Program-made: the position numbers and the translations under genes
In this document: piece after piece, positions 45,903-56,811 of the stretch
Layout of the letters: every line of letters begins with the position of its first letter
Numbering within the stretch: the first letter of the stretch is position 1
Assembly (NCBI GenBank): GCA_003220495.1
Contig: QHSP01000015.1
Span: forward strand, 196,610 to 260,609
Direction of reading: 5' to 3'
DNA: 64,000 bases
Source of the DNA: Candidatus Rokuibacteriota bacterium
GTDB lineage: Bacteria > Methylomirabilota > Methylomirabilia > Rokubacteriales > CSP1-6
Notes under the pieces: generated by a model
The model's database searches: none
Seen by the model: only the letters and a program-made list of their open reading frames with translations
What the model was told of the DNA's origin: nothing

Positions 45903-46952
45903 ATGAAGGCGATGATCCTTCCAGAGTTCGGAGCCCCGCTCCGACTCGCGACCGTCCCCGTGCCCAAGATCGGGCCCAACGACGTCCTGTTGCGCGTGCG
46001 CGCGACCGGTGTCGGGCTCACCGTCGTGATCATGACCAGGGTCCCCGGCCGCGTGACGTCGTTTCCGCGCATTCCCGGACACGAGGTCGCGGGCGAGGTC
46101 GTCGAGCTCGGCGCCGAGGTCGCTCAGGTCAAGGTCGGCGATCGGGTCACGTGTCATTTCTATCTGACGTGCGGCGTCTGCCACTTCTGCCGGAGCGGGC
46201 GCGAGACCCTGTGTCCGGCCTCGCCCGGCAACGTGGGCATGGCGTGCGACGGCGCCTACGCGGAGTACATGGCGCTCCCGGCCCGCAACGTCGTGGCCAT
46301 CCCACGAGGCGTGAGCGACCTCGACGCCGCGATCGCCGCGGACGCGATCGCGACGCCGTACCACGCATGTCGCGAAGAGGCGCGGATCGGCCCCGGAGAT
46401 CTCGTGCTGATCGTGGGCGCCGGCGGCGGGGTCGGCATCCACGCCGTGCAGATGGCCAAGCTCTCGGGCGGCTGGGTGCTGGCCGCCGACATCACCGACG
46501 ACAAGCTCGCCGCCGCGAAGGACAGCGGCGCCGACGAGCTGATCGACGTTCGCCGGGGCGATCTCGTCACGCAGGTGGCGAAGGTGACCGGCGGGAGAGG
46601 TGTTGACGCGGCCATCGACTTCGTGGGGTCGCGGGAGACGCTCGACGGCTCGCTCAGGTCACTGGCGCGCGCGGGCCGCCTCGTGATCATCGGCAGCCGG
46701 CCCACGGCCGCCTTCGGTGTGGATTCGAGCTTCACGGTCGACCCGCGCCACGTGCTCGGCTCGATGCTCGAGATCCACGGCTCGCGCTACGTCACCCTGA
46801 CCGAGATCGCGCAGACGCTCGAGCTCCTGCGCCAGCGGCGCATCCGCGCGATCGTCAGCCGGACGTTCCCGCTCGAGGGCGCAGAAGAGGCGCACGAGCT
46901 CCTCCGGCAGAACGCGCTGGTCGGCCGCGCCGCGCTCATCCTGGCGTCCTGA
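45903..46952 (+). CDS. Zinc-dependent alcohol dehydrogenase (MDR family)
   Basis: GHEVAGEV catalytic Zn motif, structural Zn Cys cluster (CGVCHFCRSGRETLC), GAGGGVG Rossmann. Confidence 0.85.
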   Translation: MKAMILPEFGAPLRLATVPVPKIGPNDVLLRVRATGVGLTVVIMTRVPGRVTSFPRIPGHEVAGEVVELGAEVAQVKVGDRVTCHFYLTCGVCHFCRSGRETLCPASPGNVGMACDGAYAEYMALPARNVVAIPRGVSDLDAAIAADAIATPYHACREEARIGPGDLVLIVGAGGGVGIHAVQMAKLSGGWVLAADITDDKLAAAKDSGADELIDVRRGDLVTQVAKVTGGRGVDAAIDFVGSRETLDGSLRSLARAGRLVIIGSRPTAAFGVDSSFTVDPRHVLGSMLEIHGSRYVTLTEIAQTLELLRQRRIRAIVSRTFPLEGAEEAHELLRQNALVGRAALILAS

Positions 46953-46958
46953 AGCGAT

Positions 46959-47000
46959 TCTCGCGCGCCGCGCGGCGCTGAGTCGCGCCGACGCGCGAGA
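46959..47000. terminator. GC-rich inverted repeat between convergent genes (possible bidirectional terminator)
   Basis: TCTCGCGCG ... CGCGCGAGA arms flank an inner GC-rich palindromic segment. Lies between the ADH stop and the TPR-protein stop. Confidence 0.3.
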
Positions 47001-47005
47001 CGACC

Positions 47006-48562
47006 TTACCGCGCGCCGAGGAACGTCTTGGCCTTCGCGATCTCCGGCCGCGAGGTGTCAGCCTTGCCGGCCAGCGCGACGAGCTTTTCGTAGTAGCCGA
47101 CGGCCTTCTGTCGATCGCCGGCCACCTCGGCAGCGCGCGCGGAACCGTAGAGGCCGCGATAGCGGTTCGGATTCTCCTTCAGCGCGGCTTCGAACTCGCG
47201 GAGTGCGGCCGAAGCCTGCCCCTGTTGCAGGAGAAGCTCGCCGAGCAGCTCGCGCATCGGGTAGAGCCGGTTCTCCATCGCGACGTGCTTGACGCTGCCG
47301 TCCTCGCCATCGGCGGCGGCGCGCATCAGCTTCAGGGCCTCATCGCGCTTCCCCTCGGCGTAGGCCACCCAGGCGGAGACGGCGAGCATCTGCTCCTCGG
47401 TCCGGTCGGCCCAGTAGCCCTGGCTCGATTTCTCGAGCGCCGTGCGGAGCTCCTGCATCGCCTGGATCTCTCGCGTTGCGCCCGCCAGGTCACCGCTCCG
47501 CGCCATGCCGAGCCCGCGGGTGAAGCGGACGAGGGAGTCGGCCTGCTGCCGCCCGGTGTCCACGACCGGGAGCGCGGCGGCGCCCGCCCAGTCGCCCCGC
47601 TCGAGCGCGTAGCGCGCCGGAACGACCGCCACCGCGGTGAAGCCGGCGATGTTCGGGTAGTCCTGCCGCGGCAGCGCGGTGATCGTGTCGACAAGCGTCT
47701 TGGCCCTGGCGTCCTGCGCGAGCTGCAGATGCGCGTACACCATGAAGTCGGTCGCGTGATAGTAGTCGGGCTGGATCTCGAGCGCCGAGCGGTTCGAGGC
47801 GATCGAGTCCTCCCACATCCCCACCATCGAGTAGATGTGCGAGGGCATGTGGCGGGCGTGGGGTGCGGCCGGGGCGATGCGCCCGTACGCGACGGCGATC
47901 TTGATGCCCTTGTCGGCGAGCGGCGGATAGTCGTAGGCGTGAACCAGGTAGTGCGCCACGCCGGGATGGTCGGGGTTCTGCTTGAACAGGCGCTCCAGGA
48001 TCTCCGCCGACTTGAGCTGATTCGCGTAGGTCTTGTCGTTCTTCGGCGCGGATGCCTGCAGAGTCAGCGCGTAGTACGTCCAGGCCTCGAAATCGTCGGG
48101 ATAGCGCTGCGTCATCTGCTCCATCGCCTTGGTGTAGGCCGCCATTCGAGCGTTCACCGGCGCCTTGTCGTAGTCGCGGTAGTAGGCGCCGATCGCCTCG
48201 ATCCAGTCCCGTTCGCGCTGGGTCTTCGGCCCGATCGCCCGCGCTCGGTCGAGCGCCTCGGCCGCCGCCGCGGCGTCCTTGGGCGACGGGACCGCCGCCA
48301 GCGAGTTTCCGAGGTAGTTGACGGCCAGCCCCCAGTAGGCCATGGCGCACTTCGGATCCTGCGCGATGACGGCATCGAACACCTTGCGCGCTTCCGTGAA
48401 CCAGTACGAGTGCAGCATCGCCACGCCGCGCTCGAACTGCGCCTGGGCTTTGGCGTCGCAGGACGTCGGGAACGTGACCTTTCCCAGCTTTTCCTGGGCG
48501 AGCCCCGGGACCGTGAGCGCGACGACGACGAGGAGAACGATCGAAGCCAGCGCGGTCTTCAT
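47006..48562 (-). CDS. Secreted tetratricopeptide-repeat protein
   Basis: Signal peptide MKTALASIVLLVVVALTVPGLAQE. Multiple TPR-like A/Y/W-rich helical repeats. Start recomputed with a GGAGGG ribosome-binding site. Confidence 0.75.
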   Translation of the reverse strand: MKTALASIVLLVVVALTVPGLAQEKLGKVTFPTSCDAKAQAQFERGVAMLHSYWFTEARKVFDAVIAQDPKCAMAYWGLAVNYLGNSLAAVPSPKDAAAAAEALDRARAIGPKTQRERDWIEAIGAYYRDYDKAPVNARMAAYTKAMEQMTQRYPDDFEAWTYYALTLQASAPKNDKTYANQLKSAEILERLFKQNPDHPGVAHYLVHAYDYPPLADKGIKIAVAYGRIAPAAPHARHMPSHIYSMVGMWEDSIASNRSALEIQPDYYHATDFMVYAHLQLAQDARAKTLVDTITALPRQDYPNIAGFTAVAVVPARYALERGDWAGAAALPVVDTGRQQADSLVRFTRGLGMARSGDLAGATREIQAMQELRTALEKSSQGYWADRTEEQMLAVSAWVAYAEGKRDEALKLMRAAADGEDGSVKHVAMENRLYPMRELLGELLLQQGQASAALREFEAALKENPNRYRGLYGSARAAEVAGDRQKAVGYYEKLVALAGKADTSRPEIAKAKTFLGAR

Positions 48563-48791
48563 AGACCCTCCTTGCCTCACTTGTGCGCCTGCCGCCCGAC
48601 CATACTGGATTCCTCGAGCGGTGCGAGCCGTGCCGATCCTCCTGCGCGGTGAATCGATCGGCGTGTGGGCGGGCATCGAGGAGCTGGTGGCGTAGTCTCT
48701 CTCATCCGGCGCGCGCCGCCGCTGCCGCGACTAAAGCTGCCGGCGGACTGAGCCACGACCAGTGAGGCGAGTCCCCGCGCGGAACGCCCGC

Positions 48792-50474
48792 TCAGTGCTC
48801 CCGGCCGGCGCGGAGCACGCGCCCGGGAAACGCGCCGGTGTGCTTGCCGTGCTCCAGCACCACCTGGCCGCCGACCACGACGTGGCGTACGCCTTCCGCG
48901 CCCTGCACCCGCCGCGGGGTGCCGGACGGTCCGTCGTGAGTGACCTCGTCCTCCTTGATGCCGATCGACGCGAGGTCGAACACCATCAAGTCGGCCGCCA
49001 GCCCCTCGCGGACCATGCCGCGATCACGCAAGCCCATGATGCGGGCGGGCTGGAACGTGTATCGACGGATCGCGTCCTCGAGCGTCAGCAGCTCGCGGTC
49101 GCGGACCCACTGGCCCAGCACGTAGCTCGACTCGCCGGCGGTGCAGAAGTTCGTGTTCAGGTGAGCGCCGGCATCCGACTGCGTGGGCAGGGCGTGGCCG
49201 CTCTTCACCATGTCGGCGATCTGCGCTTCTTCCTGGTCCGAGCGGGTCATCAGCTGGAACTCGGTGTCGAGCCCTTCCTCGAGCGCCAGGTCGAGCATCA
49301 TATCGGCGACGTGCTTACCGTGCTTCTCGGCGAGCGCCGTCAGGCTCTGGTCGACCAGCCCCTGGTTCTTCGCGAGCTTCACCCGGCGGACGAAGATCGA
49401 GCTCCAGGGGACGAGCCGGCCCGGCACACCCGGCCGCCGCCGCTGAGGCTTCAGGGCCTGGTCCCGCATTTTCGCGCGCCGCTCGGGATCGGCGAGCGCG
49501 GCGAGCCGATCGGGCAGGCGCAGGTGCATCACGATGTCCCACACGTCGAGGTTGTGGAAGAAGGTCGTCTTCTTCAGCGTGAACCTCGGATTGAAGGGGA
49601 TCGCGCGCAGCAGGTTGTAGAGCTGCGCGCCCTCGCGCGAGGCCTTCTCCACGTACGGCCAGGCGTTCGTGTCGAAGCTCAGGAAGAACACCGGGCGGCC
49701 GCTCGTCACGGCCACGTCACGCAAGTGGTCGAGGTCGGCGGGACTCGGCTTGCCGGCGCCCTTCGGCAGGATCTCGATGATCCCGCGGTTGAACTCGCCG
49801 AGCGTGCGGCCGAAGGCCACCCGCTCCTCGTCGGCGGCGAGCCGCGAGGGCACGGGCTGGCCTTGCGGTCCCGCGTGTGTCGGGGAATCGGTCGTGCTCC
49901 AGCCCCAGGCGCCGGCCTCGAGCGACTCGCGCAGCAGCCGCTGCATGTGGGCGATCTCGTCCGGCGTCGCGGCGCGGTCCCAGGCGGCCTGGTCCATCGC
50001 CGAGAGGCGCAGCGGGTTGTGGCCGACCAGCGGCATCAGGTTGAGTCCAAGCCCGATGTCGATCGCGGTCAGGTACTCGTCGAAGTTCTCCCAGTTCCAC
50101 GGCACGACGGACGCCAGCGAGCGCACCGGGATGTCCTCGACGCAGCAGAACGTCGCGAGCATCGCGTCGCGATGCTCGGGCCGCAACGGCGCCAGGGTCA
50201 GGCCGCAGTTGCCCATGAGCACCGTGGTCACGCCGTGCCAGATGGACGACGTGCAGAGCCTGTCCCAGAACGGCTGGGCGTCGTAGTGGGTGTGCGTGTC
50301 GATGATGCCGGGCGCGACGAAGAGCCCCTCGGCGTCGATCGTCGTGGTCGCGGCAGAGCGGATCTTGCCGATCTCGACGATCGTGCCATCCTTGACCGCG
50401 ACGTCGGCGCGATAGCGGGAGAAGCCGGAACCGTCGACGACCATGCCGTTCTTGATGACCAGGTCGTAAGGCAT
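48792..50474 (-). CDS. N-acyl-D-amino-acid deacylase (D-aminoacylase) family amidohydrolase
   Basis: DLVIKNGMVVDGSG...IDTHTHYD metal-binding start of the amidohydrolase fold. 560 aa. GGAGGG ribosome-binding site. Confidence 0.8.
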   Translation of the reverse strand: MPYDLVIKNGMVVDGSGFSRYRADVAVKDGTIVEIGKIRSAATTTIDAEGLFVAPGIIDTHTHYDAQPFWDRLCTSSIWHGVTTVLMGNCGLTLAPLRPEHRDAMLATFCCVEDIPVRSLASVVPWNWENFDEYLTAIDIGLGLNLMPLVGHNPLRLSAMDQAAWDRAATPDEIAHMQRLLRESLEAGAWGWSTTDSPTHAGPQGQPVPSRLAADEERVAFGRTLGEFNRGIIEILPKGAGKPSPADLDHLRDVAVTSGRPVFFLSFDTNAWPYVEKASREGAQLYNLLRAIPFNPRFTLKKTTFFHNLDVWDIVMHLRLPDRLAALADPERRAKMRDQALKPQRRRPGVPGRLVPWSSIFVRRVKLAKNQGLVDQSLTALAEKHGKHVADMMLDLALEEGLDTEFQLMTRSDQEEAQIADMVKSGHALPTQSDAGAHLNTNFCTAGESSYVLGQWVRDRELLTLEDAIRRYTFQPARIMGLRDRGMVREGLAADLMVFDLASIGIKEDEVTHDGPSGTPRRVQGAEGVRHVVVGGQVVLEHGKHTGAFPGRVLRAGREH

Positions 50475-50555
50475 CAGTTCCCTCCGGGGCCGGGCTGGCG
50501 ATGTTCGATTTGCGCGCAATTGTCCCACAGAATTTTCCGCTCCGTCAGGGGTCTC

Positions 50556-51173
50556 TCACCGGGATCGTCGGACCGGCAAGAGGGCCGGCTGGCCGGGATG
50601 GAGCTGCTGGTCGACCGTGTTCAGGATGACGGCCGTCATCGCGTAGGTGCCCATGAGGGCGGCCAGCTCGAGGACTCCGCGCCGGCCGAAGAGCTCGACC
50701 GCGCGCGCGAACGTGGCGGAGCCGAGCTTCTTCCTCCGAAAGAGCTCCCGCCCGAAGGCGATGATGACGGCTTCCTTCTGTCCCGATCGCTGGCCCAGCC
50801 GCGCCAGGGGCTTGCGGCGCTTCACGATCTCGATGATCTTCGCGTCGAGGCCTTCCGCGAGGGCCGCCGGCTCGTGCGCCGTCCATTCGAACTGGTTGTC
50901 GAGCTCGCGGGCGGTCACGAGGATCGCCAGCTCGGTCAGCCGCCGGTCCAGCGCGGTCTCGAATCGCAGGTACTGATTGGCGGCGCGCAGGAATCCGGCG
51001 AGCTTGGGCGAGTGGAGCCAGATACCGCTCGGGCCGCGCAGCCCAACCAGGGTCCGGCTCGCGGGGCTCACGACCGCGTCGTAGTGCTTCTGGCCCTCCT
51101 CGTCGAGCTCGCCGCGCTCGAGGAGCGGCAGGCGCGAGAGGGAAGCCGGGTGTACGTCCCGCGGCAGTCTCAA
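50556..51173 (-). CDS. Carboxymuconolactone decarboxylase (CMD/AhpD-like) family protein
   Basis: 205 aa. AhpD-like helical fold signature region around ELAILVTARELDNQFEW. ATGA overlap with the upstream gene. Confidence 0.7.
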   Translation of the reverse strand: MRLPRDVHPASLSRLPLLERGELDEEGQKHYDAVVSPASRTLVGLRGPSGIWLHSPKLAGFLRAANQYLRFETALDRRLTELAILVTARELDNQFEWTAHEPAALAEGLDAKIIEIVKRRKPLARLGQRSGQKEAVIIAFGRELFRRKKLGSATFARAVELFGRRGVLELAALMGTYAMTAVILNTVDQQLHPGQPALLPVRRSR

Positions 51174-52033
51174 CGCTTGTGAACGTACTTGGTGAGTCGC
51201 TTGCCACCGGCCTCGGCCAGATAGATGTCGCCGACCGAGTCGACCCAGAGACCGTGTCCCGAGGGCGAGTCGAAGCGCGCCAGGACCTTGCCGTGTCGAT
51301 CGAGGATGCTGATCGACGGCCTCAGCTCACTCACGTAGGCCACCTGCTGCGCGTTGAAGTAGATGTCGGTCGGCCGATGGATATCGCGCCACTGGGAGAC
51401 GAACTTCCCGCTCGCGTTGAACACCTGGATGCGGCTGTTCTCCCGGTCGCAGACGTAGACGAATCCCTCCGGGTCGACCCACAGGCTGTGGGGCAGGTGG
51501 AACTCGCCGGGCTCCTGCTTGCCCGGCGTGCCCCACGACGCGAGCAAGGCGCCCTGCGCCGAGAAGCGATGCACGCGGCTGTTGCGGTAGCCGTCCGAGA
51601 CGTAGAGATCGCCCGACGGCGCCGGGACCATCTCGGTGGGCTTGTTGAAGGGCCCGGCCGAGCGCGGCGGCAGCTCGATGTCCTTCGTCGCCCCCGTGTC
51701 CGAGGGCTGGCCGCGCGTGCCGAGCACCATCAGGGGCTTGCCGTCGAGCGTGAACTTCAGGGCGACGTGGTCGTCGCGGTCGGTGAGGTAGATCACGTCG
51801 TTGATGATCGCGATCCCGTGGGGATCCTTGATGGCGCTCGAGCCCCACGAGCCGAGGTAGCTGCCGTCGCGGTCGAACACGATGATCGGCGGATCCTTCC
51901 GCTGGAAGGCGTACACCCGATCGCGCGAGTCGGTCGCCACCGCGCTGACCGGACCGAACGTCCAGCCGACGGGCAGCTTCGCCCACGATTCGTTCAGCTC
52001 GTACTGGTAGCTGCCGCTGCCGACTGTCGTCAT
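51170..52033 (-). CDS. NHL-repeat / six-bladed beta-propeller protein (PAL- or SMP-30-like)
   Basis: Repeated xYVxDxxNxRIxxF-like blades (LYVSDGYRNSRVHRF, VYVCDRENSRIQVF). Start recomputed to MTTVGS with a GGAGGG ribosome-binding site. Confidence 0.7.
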   Translation of the reverse strand: MTTVGSGSYQYELNESWAKLPVGWTFGPVSAVATDSRDRVYAFQRKDPPIIVFDRDGSYLGSWGSSAIKDPHGIAIINDVIYLTDRDDHVALKFTLDGKPLMVLGTRGQPSDTGATKDIELPPRSAGPFNKPTEMVPAPSGDLYVSDGYRNSRVHRFSAQGALLASWGTPGKQEPGEFHLPHSLWVDPEGFVYVCDRENSRIQVFNASGKFVSQWRDIHRPTDIYFNAQQVAYVSELRPSISILDRHGKVLARFDSPSGHGLWVDSVGDIYLAEAGGKRLTKYVHKR

Positions 52034-52163
52034 GAGGCCCTCCTCTGGTCGGGAAAGGGGGTCGCGGTCGCGCCGATCGTGCGCCTTTCGGCCGTCGCGC
52101 GCAACAGGCCCGCCCGGAGGTATGATTCGGTCGCCGCGGATCGAACGAAGGAAGGGAGACCCT

Positions 52164-52805
52164 ATGCCAGGCCACACGGACCTGTTCGAGACCATGAAGA
52201 CCATGCGCGCCATGCGCCGGCTGAAGCCCGACCCGGTCCCTGACGAGCTGATCCGAAAGATTCTCGAGGCCGGCGCGTGCGCGCCCAACGGGGGCAACAC
52301 GCAGCGCTGGCGGTTCCTGGTGATCAAGGACCGGAAGATCAAGCAGGGCGTGCAGGTCTGGTACAAGCGCGCCTTCGACGAGGTCGTCGGGCCCCGCTAC
52401 CTCAAGAGTAATCCGCCGCCCGGCGTCACGCGCGAGCAATACAACCGTCAGCACGCCGCGGTGGAATACCTGACCGATCACTTCCACGAAGCTCCCGTGT
52501 GGATCGTCGCGTGCCTCGAGGAAGGCACGACGGCGCCGACGCGCAGCTCCGGCGCGTCGATCTATCCAGCGGTGCAGAACATGCTGCTGGCGGCTCGCGC
52601 GCTGGGACTCGGCGCCACCTTGACGACGCGGCACCTCCTTTACGAGAAGGAAGCTGAAGCCGCGCTCGGCCTCCCGCCGGGCGTTCACTCGTATGCGATC
52701 CTGCCGATCGGTTACCCCATGGGGAAGTTCGGCCCTGTCGGGCGCGGGCCTCTCAAGGAGATCGTCTTTCAAGACCACTGGGGCACTCCCTACCAGGGCG
52801 TCTGA
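52164..52805 (+). CDS. Nitroreductase-family protein
   Basis: RAMRRLKPDPVPDELIRKILEAGACAPNGGNTQRWRF matches the nitroreductase FMN-binding N-terminal motif. Confidence 0.8.
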   Translation: MPGHTDLFETMKTMRAMRRLKPDPVPDELIRKILEAGACAPNGGNTQRWRFLVIKDRKIKQGVQVWYKRAFDEVVGPRYLKSNPPPGVTREQYNRQHAAVEYLTDHFHEAPVWIVACLEEGTTAPTRSSGASIYPAVQNMLLAARALGLGATLTTRHLLYEKEAEAALGLPPGVHSYAILPIGYPMGKFGPVGRGPLKEIVFQDHWGTPYQGV

Positions 52806-52827
52806 ACGAGAGACGCGGAGGCTGTTT

Positions 52828-53346
52828 ATGGCCATCAAGATGATCCACCACGTGAACGTCCAGATCAGCGACCGCGAGCGGACGCGGGCGTGGTACGAGC
52901 GGGTGCTCGGCGCCGAGTTCCTCGACCGCGGTCCGGCGCTGAACAAGCGACAGCTCCAGCTGAGGCTCGGCAGCGGCGAAATTCACTTCACCGTGACGCC
53001 GCGCCCGGTCATCGTGGCGTCCAGCCACTTCGCGATCGAGATCGATGACTGGGAGGCCACCCTGGCTCATCTCGACCAGCTCGGGATCCAGCACGTCCGA
53101 ACGTCAGCCGCCAGCACCGGGACCGACATCGGCGGCACGGATCCCCGGCAGGGGCGCCGTGAGGACAGCAGCGAGCACTACACCTACATCAAGGATCCCG
53201 ACGGCAACCTGATCGAGCTCGTGAACCATCCGCTGGGCCTGCAGGACTCCCAGGGCCGCAAGGTCGAGATCGCGCACGATCCCAGCGGGCTGCGCTGGGT
53301 CCAGATCCCCGGATTCGTCGAGGCAGAGGCGGCGCGAGGACTATGA
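52828..53346 (+). CDS. VOC-family (glyoxalase/bleomycin-resistance/dioxygenase fold) protein
   Basis: HHVNVQISD ... HFAIEIDD ... DPDGNLIEL paired beta-alpha-beta-beta-beta modules with His/Glu metal ligands. Confidence 0.75.
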   Translation: MAIKMIHHVNVQISDRERTRAWYERVLGAEFLDRGPALNKRQLQLRLGSGEIHFTVTPRPVIVASSHFAIEIDDWEATLAHLDQLGIQHVRTSAASTGTDIGGTDPRQGRREDSSEHYTYIKDPDGNLIELVNHPLGLQDSQGRKVEIAHDPSGLRWVQIPGFVEAEAARGL

Positions 53347-53347
53347 A

Positions 53348-54283
53348 GTGAAGATCGCCACGCCCGACCTGGTGACGAACTCCTACTTCCCGGCGCTCGC
53401 CGCCGAGGAGCTCGGTCTGTATCGCGAGGAAGGGCTCGACGCCCACGTCGAGCTCATGCCCTCGCTCGATGCCGTGAACGGGCTGCGCGACGGCGCCGTG
53501 GACTTCGTGGCCGGCGGCGCGCACACGACGTTGCTCGCGTTCCCGGGCTGGAAGGGCGCGAAGCTCGTCGTCGCGCTCTCCCAGGGCACGCCGTGGCTCC
53601 TGGTCCTGCGCGCGGATCTCGCGGCGCGCCGGGGCGACGTCGCGGCCGTGAAGGGTCTTCGCATCGGCGCCGCGCCGGGGCCCGACCGTGCATTCCTTCG
53701 CCTCCTGCAGGAGGCCGGCGTCGATCCGATCCGCGACGGCGTCAAGATCGCTCCGGTCCCGGGCGGAACCGACCCGGGCGCCTCCTTCGGCGTCACGGCC
53801 GCCGCGGCCCTCGAGCGCGGCGCGGTCGATGGTTTCTGGGCGAATGCGCTCGGGAGCGAGACCGCCGTGCGCCGCGGCGTCGGAAAGATCATCGTGGACG
53901 TGCGGCGAGGCGACGGCCCGCCCGAGGCGGGTCAATATACGTTCGCGGCGCTCTCGACGACGGAAGCTCTGATCGCGCACGAACCCGAACGCGTAGCGGC
54001 GGCGGTGCGCGCGATCGTGCACGCTCAGACCATGCTCCGGGATGATCCGGCGAGGGCGACCGAGGTCGGGCGGCGGCGGTTTCCGCCGGCCGCGGCGGAG
54101 ATCATCGCGGCGGTCGTGGAGCGCGATCTTCCGTTCTACGATCCGACGATCGGCGAGCACGCGGTCTCGGTCATGAACCGCTTCGCCCGCTCGCTCGGCT
54201 TGCTCGCGGCACCCGTTGCCTACGACGACACCGTCGCCACCCGGTTCCGTGACCTCTGGGTCAGTAGAGGTGACAGGCGGTGA
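53348..54283 (+). CDS. NMT1/THI5-like (SsuA/NitT-TauT-type) substrate-binding-fold protein without signal peptide
   Basis: 311 aa with a periplasmic-binding-protein type II fold similar to the SBP at 60569, but starting [14 protein letters not shown] with no export signal. Confidence 0.6.
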   Translation: MKIATPDLVTNSYFPALAAEELGLYREEGLDAHVELMPSLDAVNGLRDGAVDFVAGGAHTTLLAFPGWKGAKLVVALSQGTPWLLVLRADLAARRGDVAAVKGLRIGAAPGPDRAFLRLLQEAGVDPIRDGVKIAPVPGGTDPGASFGVTAAAALERGAVDGFWANALGSETAVRRGVGKIIVDVRRGDGPPEAGQYTFAALSTTEALIAHEPERVAAAVRAIVHAQTMLRDDPARATEVGRRRFPPAAAEIIAAVVERDLPFYDPTIGEHAVSVMNRFARSLGLLAAPVAYDDTVATRFRDLWVSRGDRR

Positions 54284-54446
54284 ATCGGCCGGGCTTCACT
54301 TCCTTGAGGATGCACCGGACTCGGCACCTCGCCGCCCAGCACGATCCGTTGTCGGCGCGCCCCGGGATGTAGCGGCAGCGCCGCCGACAGGAGCGCCTCC
54401 GTATAAGGATGCAACGGCTCCGGGAAGCGGGAAAGGTGCCGATATC

Positions 54447-55859
54447 CTACTCCAAACCGTAGTCGGCCCAGTGGGCGTCGACCCGGTCGAGGTCCTCCTT
54501 TGGAGGTACCGAGCGGGCGGGGAACCGGTGCTTGCGGGTCGCGTCGACGCCGACCTTGGACGAGAGCACGGTCTTGCGCTCGAGCTGGTCCACGTCTTCC
54601 TCGGCGGTCGACGGATCGAGCGCGACGCCCGCGGTGGCCCGGTTCACGTAGAGGTCGTGCTCGGGCTGGACGTGCCAGGACATGGCCCAGAGCACCTGGA
54701 AATAGTCGCGGATGTCGATGTCCTCGTCCACGACGACCACCCACTTGGAGAACGACGGATCGTAGGCCCAGACCGCCCACATCGCCCGCTGGGGCAGGGC
54801 GGGATGCTCGCGGCGCAGCGAGATCGCGAGGAACGCGGCGCCGCCGCCAGCCTCCAGCAGGTGGACGTCGCGCACGGGCAGCCGGAGGTCGCGGCGCAGA
54901 TGCTGGAGCAGCGCCACGTCGCGGCCGGTGCCGCGGATGCAGCTCGACTCGCTCGGCGGCATCTGGCTGAAGAACGCCTGGTAGATCGGGTCGGCGCGAT
55001 GGGTGATCGCGGTCACCTCGAGCACGAAGCTCGGGCCCGACGATCCCATGTAGCCCGTGTACTCGCCGAACGGGCCCTCGTGCTCGCGCACGCCGGGCGG
55101 GACGAAGCCTTCGATGACGATCTCGGCGTGCGCCGGCACCTCCAGATCGTTCGTCTCGCACTTCACGACCTCGAGCGGCTCACCGCGCAAGGCGCCCGCA
55201 ACCCCCAGCTCGTCACCGCGGATCCGCGCGACTGAGGTGAGCGGCACGGGCGGGTCGCAGCCGATCACGACGGCGCAGGGCGTCGGATTGCCCTTCCGCT
55301 CGTTCTTCATGATGTGCGCGTACATGTCGCGCCACGTGGTGCTCAGGAAGAGCCCGAACTTCCGGGGCCCCTTCAGCATGAGGCGGTAGGTGCCCATGTT
55401 GCGCTCGCCGGTCTCGGGATCGTGCGAGATCACGCACGGCCCGGTGACGTACGGCGCCGGGTCCTGGTCGCGCGTCCACAGACAGAGCGGCAGCGCGGTC
55501 GCGTCGATCCGGTCGCCGGTCTGGATCACGTCCTTCACCGGGCCGGTCCTGACGCGCACCGGCGGAATCGGGTGGCTCTGCGCCCGGGCCCATTTGTCGG
55601 CGATCTGATCGACCGTGGTCTCGAGCGCCAGCGCGTAGACCTCCGGCGAGGCGCCCAGGATTCCCGCGACCAGCGGCATCCGATGACCTTTGATGTGCTC
55701 GAACATCACCGCGGGCCGGCGCGCGGGCGGAATTCGCTGAAATACCCGGCGGATGACGGCCGCGACCTCCCAGTTCGGATCAACTTCCTTCTTGACGTGG
55801 TGGAGCTTGCCACGCACTTCGAGCGCGGCCAGGTATTCGCGGAGATCCTTGTAGGCCAT
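54447..55859 (-). CDS. UbiD-family (prFMN-dependent) reversible decarboxylase
   Basis: 470 aa, collinear with UbiD/Fdc/AroY-like enzymes. Start recomputed to [10 protein letters not shown] with an AGGAGG ribosome-binding site. Confidence 0.85.
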   Translation of the reverse strand: MAYKDLREYLAALEVRGKLHHVKKEVDPNWEVAAVIRRVFQRIPPARRPAVMFEHIKGHRMPLVAGILGASPEVYALALETTVDQIADKWARAQSHPIPPVRVRTGPVKDVIQTGDRIDATALPLCLWTRDQDPAPYVTGPCVISHDPETGERNMGTYRLMLKGPRKFGLFLSTTWRDMYAHIMKNERKGNPTPCAVVIGCDPPVPLTSVARIRGDELGVAGALRGEPLEVVKCETNDLEVPAHAEIVIEGFVPPGVREHEGPFGEYTGYMGSSGPSFVLEVTAITHRADPIYQAFFSQMPPSESSCIRGTGRDVALLQHLRRDLRLPVRDVHLLEAGGGAAFLAISLRREHPALPQRAMWAVWAYDPSFSKWVVVVDEDIDIRDYFQVLWAMSWHVQPEHDLYVNRATAGVALDPSTAEEDVDQLERKTVLSSKVGVDATRKHRFPARSVPPKEDLDRVDAHWADYGLE

Positions 55860-55875
55860 GTGCGGGCCTCCTTGT

Positions 55876-56811
55876 CTATGGTCGGGGCCGGTACGGGTGC
55901 TGTTCGATCCAGTGCCGCGCGATGTCGATCCGGCGGCAGATCCACACGTGGTCGTGGCGCTCGACATAGTCGAAGAAGCGTGCGAGCGCCGCGGCCCGCC
56001 CCGGCCGACCCATGAGCCGCATGTGCAGGCCGAGCGACATCATCTTCGGCTGATCGGCGCCCTCCGCGTAGAGCACGTCGAACGCGTCTCGCGCGTGGGC
56101 GAGCCAATCATCGCCGGTCGCGAAGCCACCGGGAAGTCCGAACTTCATGTCGTTGACGTCCAGGGTGTAGGGGACGACCAGGTGCGGCTTGCCCGACACG
56201 ACGGTCCAGTACGGCAGATCGTCGTTGTAGGCGTCCGCGTCGTAGAGAAAGCCGCCCTCCTCGACCACGAGACGCCGCGTGTTGGGACTGAGCCGGCCGG
56301 TGTACCAGCCGAGCGGCCGGGTGCCGGTCATGCGCGTCAGGCTCTCGACCGCGCGCCGGATGTGGTCACGCTCGACCTTCTCGCCCACGAACTGGTAGTC
56401 GATCCACTTCCAGCCGTGGCTCACGACCTCGTGGCCGGCCTCGACGATCGCCGCCGCGGCCTCGTGGTGGCGCTCGAGCGCCATCGCCACCGCGAACACG
56501 CTGATCTTGATGCCGTACGAGGCGAACGTGCGCATGAGGCGCCAGAAGCCGACGCGGCTTCCGTATTCGTACATCGACTCGACTTGGAGGTTGCGCACGC
56601 CCTGGAGCGCCGGCAAGCCCACGACTTCTTGCAGGTAGGCCTCGGCTTCCCTGTCCCCGTGCAGGATCGACCGCTCGCCGCCTTCCTCGTAGTTCATGAC
56701 GATCTGGAGGGCCAGGCGCGCGCCGCCGGGCCACTTCGGATCCGGCGGCTTCTTCCCGTATCCGACCAGGTCACGCGGATAGCCCACTCGGAGGGGGGCG
56801 TTGCCCCCCAT
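55876..56811 (-). CDS. Polysaccharide-deacetylase-fold protein, PuuE (allantoinase)-like
   Basis: YPRDLVGYGKKPPDPKWPGGARLALQIVMNYEEGGERSILHGD closely resembles the N-terminus of PuuE-type allantoinases. The first 36 residues of the track ORF are low-complexity, so the start is taken at MGGNAPL. Confidence 0.6.
   Translation of the reverse strand: MGGNAPLRVGYPRDLVGYGKKPPDPKWPGGARLALQIVMNYEEGGERSILHGDREAEAYLQEVVGLPALQGVRNLQVESMYEYGSRVGFWRLMRTFASYGIKISVFAVAMALERHHEAAAAIVEAGHEVVSHGWKWIDYQFVGEKVERDHIRRAVESLTRMTGTRPLGWYTGRLSPNTRRLVVEEGGFLYDADAYNDDLPYWTVVSGKPHLVVPYTLDVNDMKFGLPGGFATGDDWLAHARDAFDVLYAEGADQPKMMSLGLHMRLMGRPGRAAALARFFDYVERHDHVWICRRIDIARHWIEQHPYRPRP

Noticed and set aside
48563-48791. Longest intergenic region (229 bp), scanned for ncRNA, a small ORF or a terminator
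   Set aside because: I found only a weak CCGCCG/CGGCGG 6-bp stem with a 21-nt loop and a probable promoter for the TPR gene. Nothing is supportable as a discrete feature.
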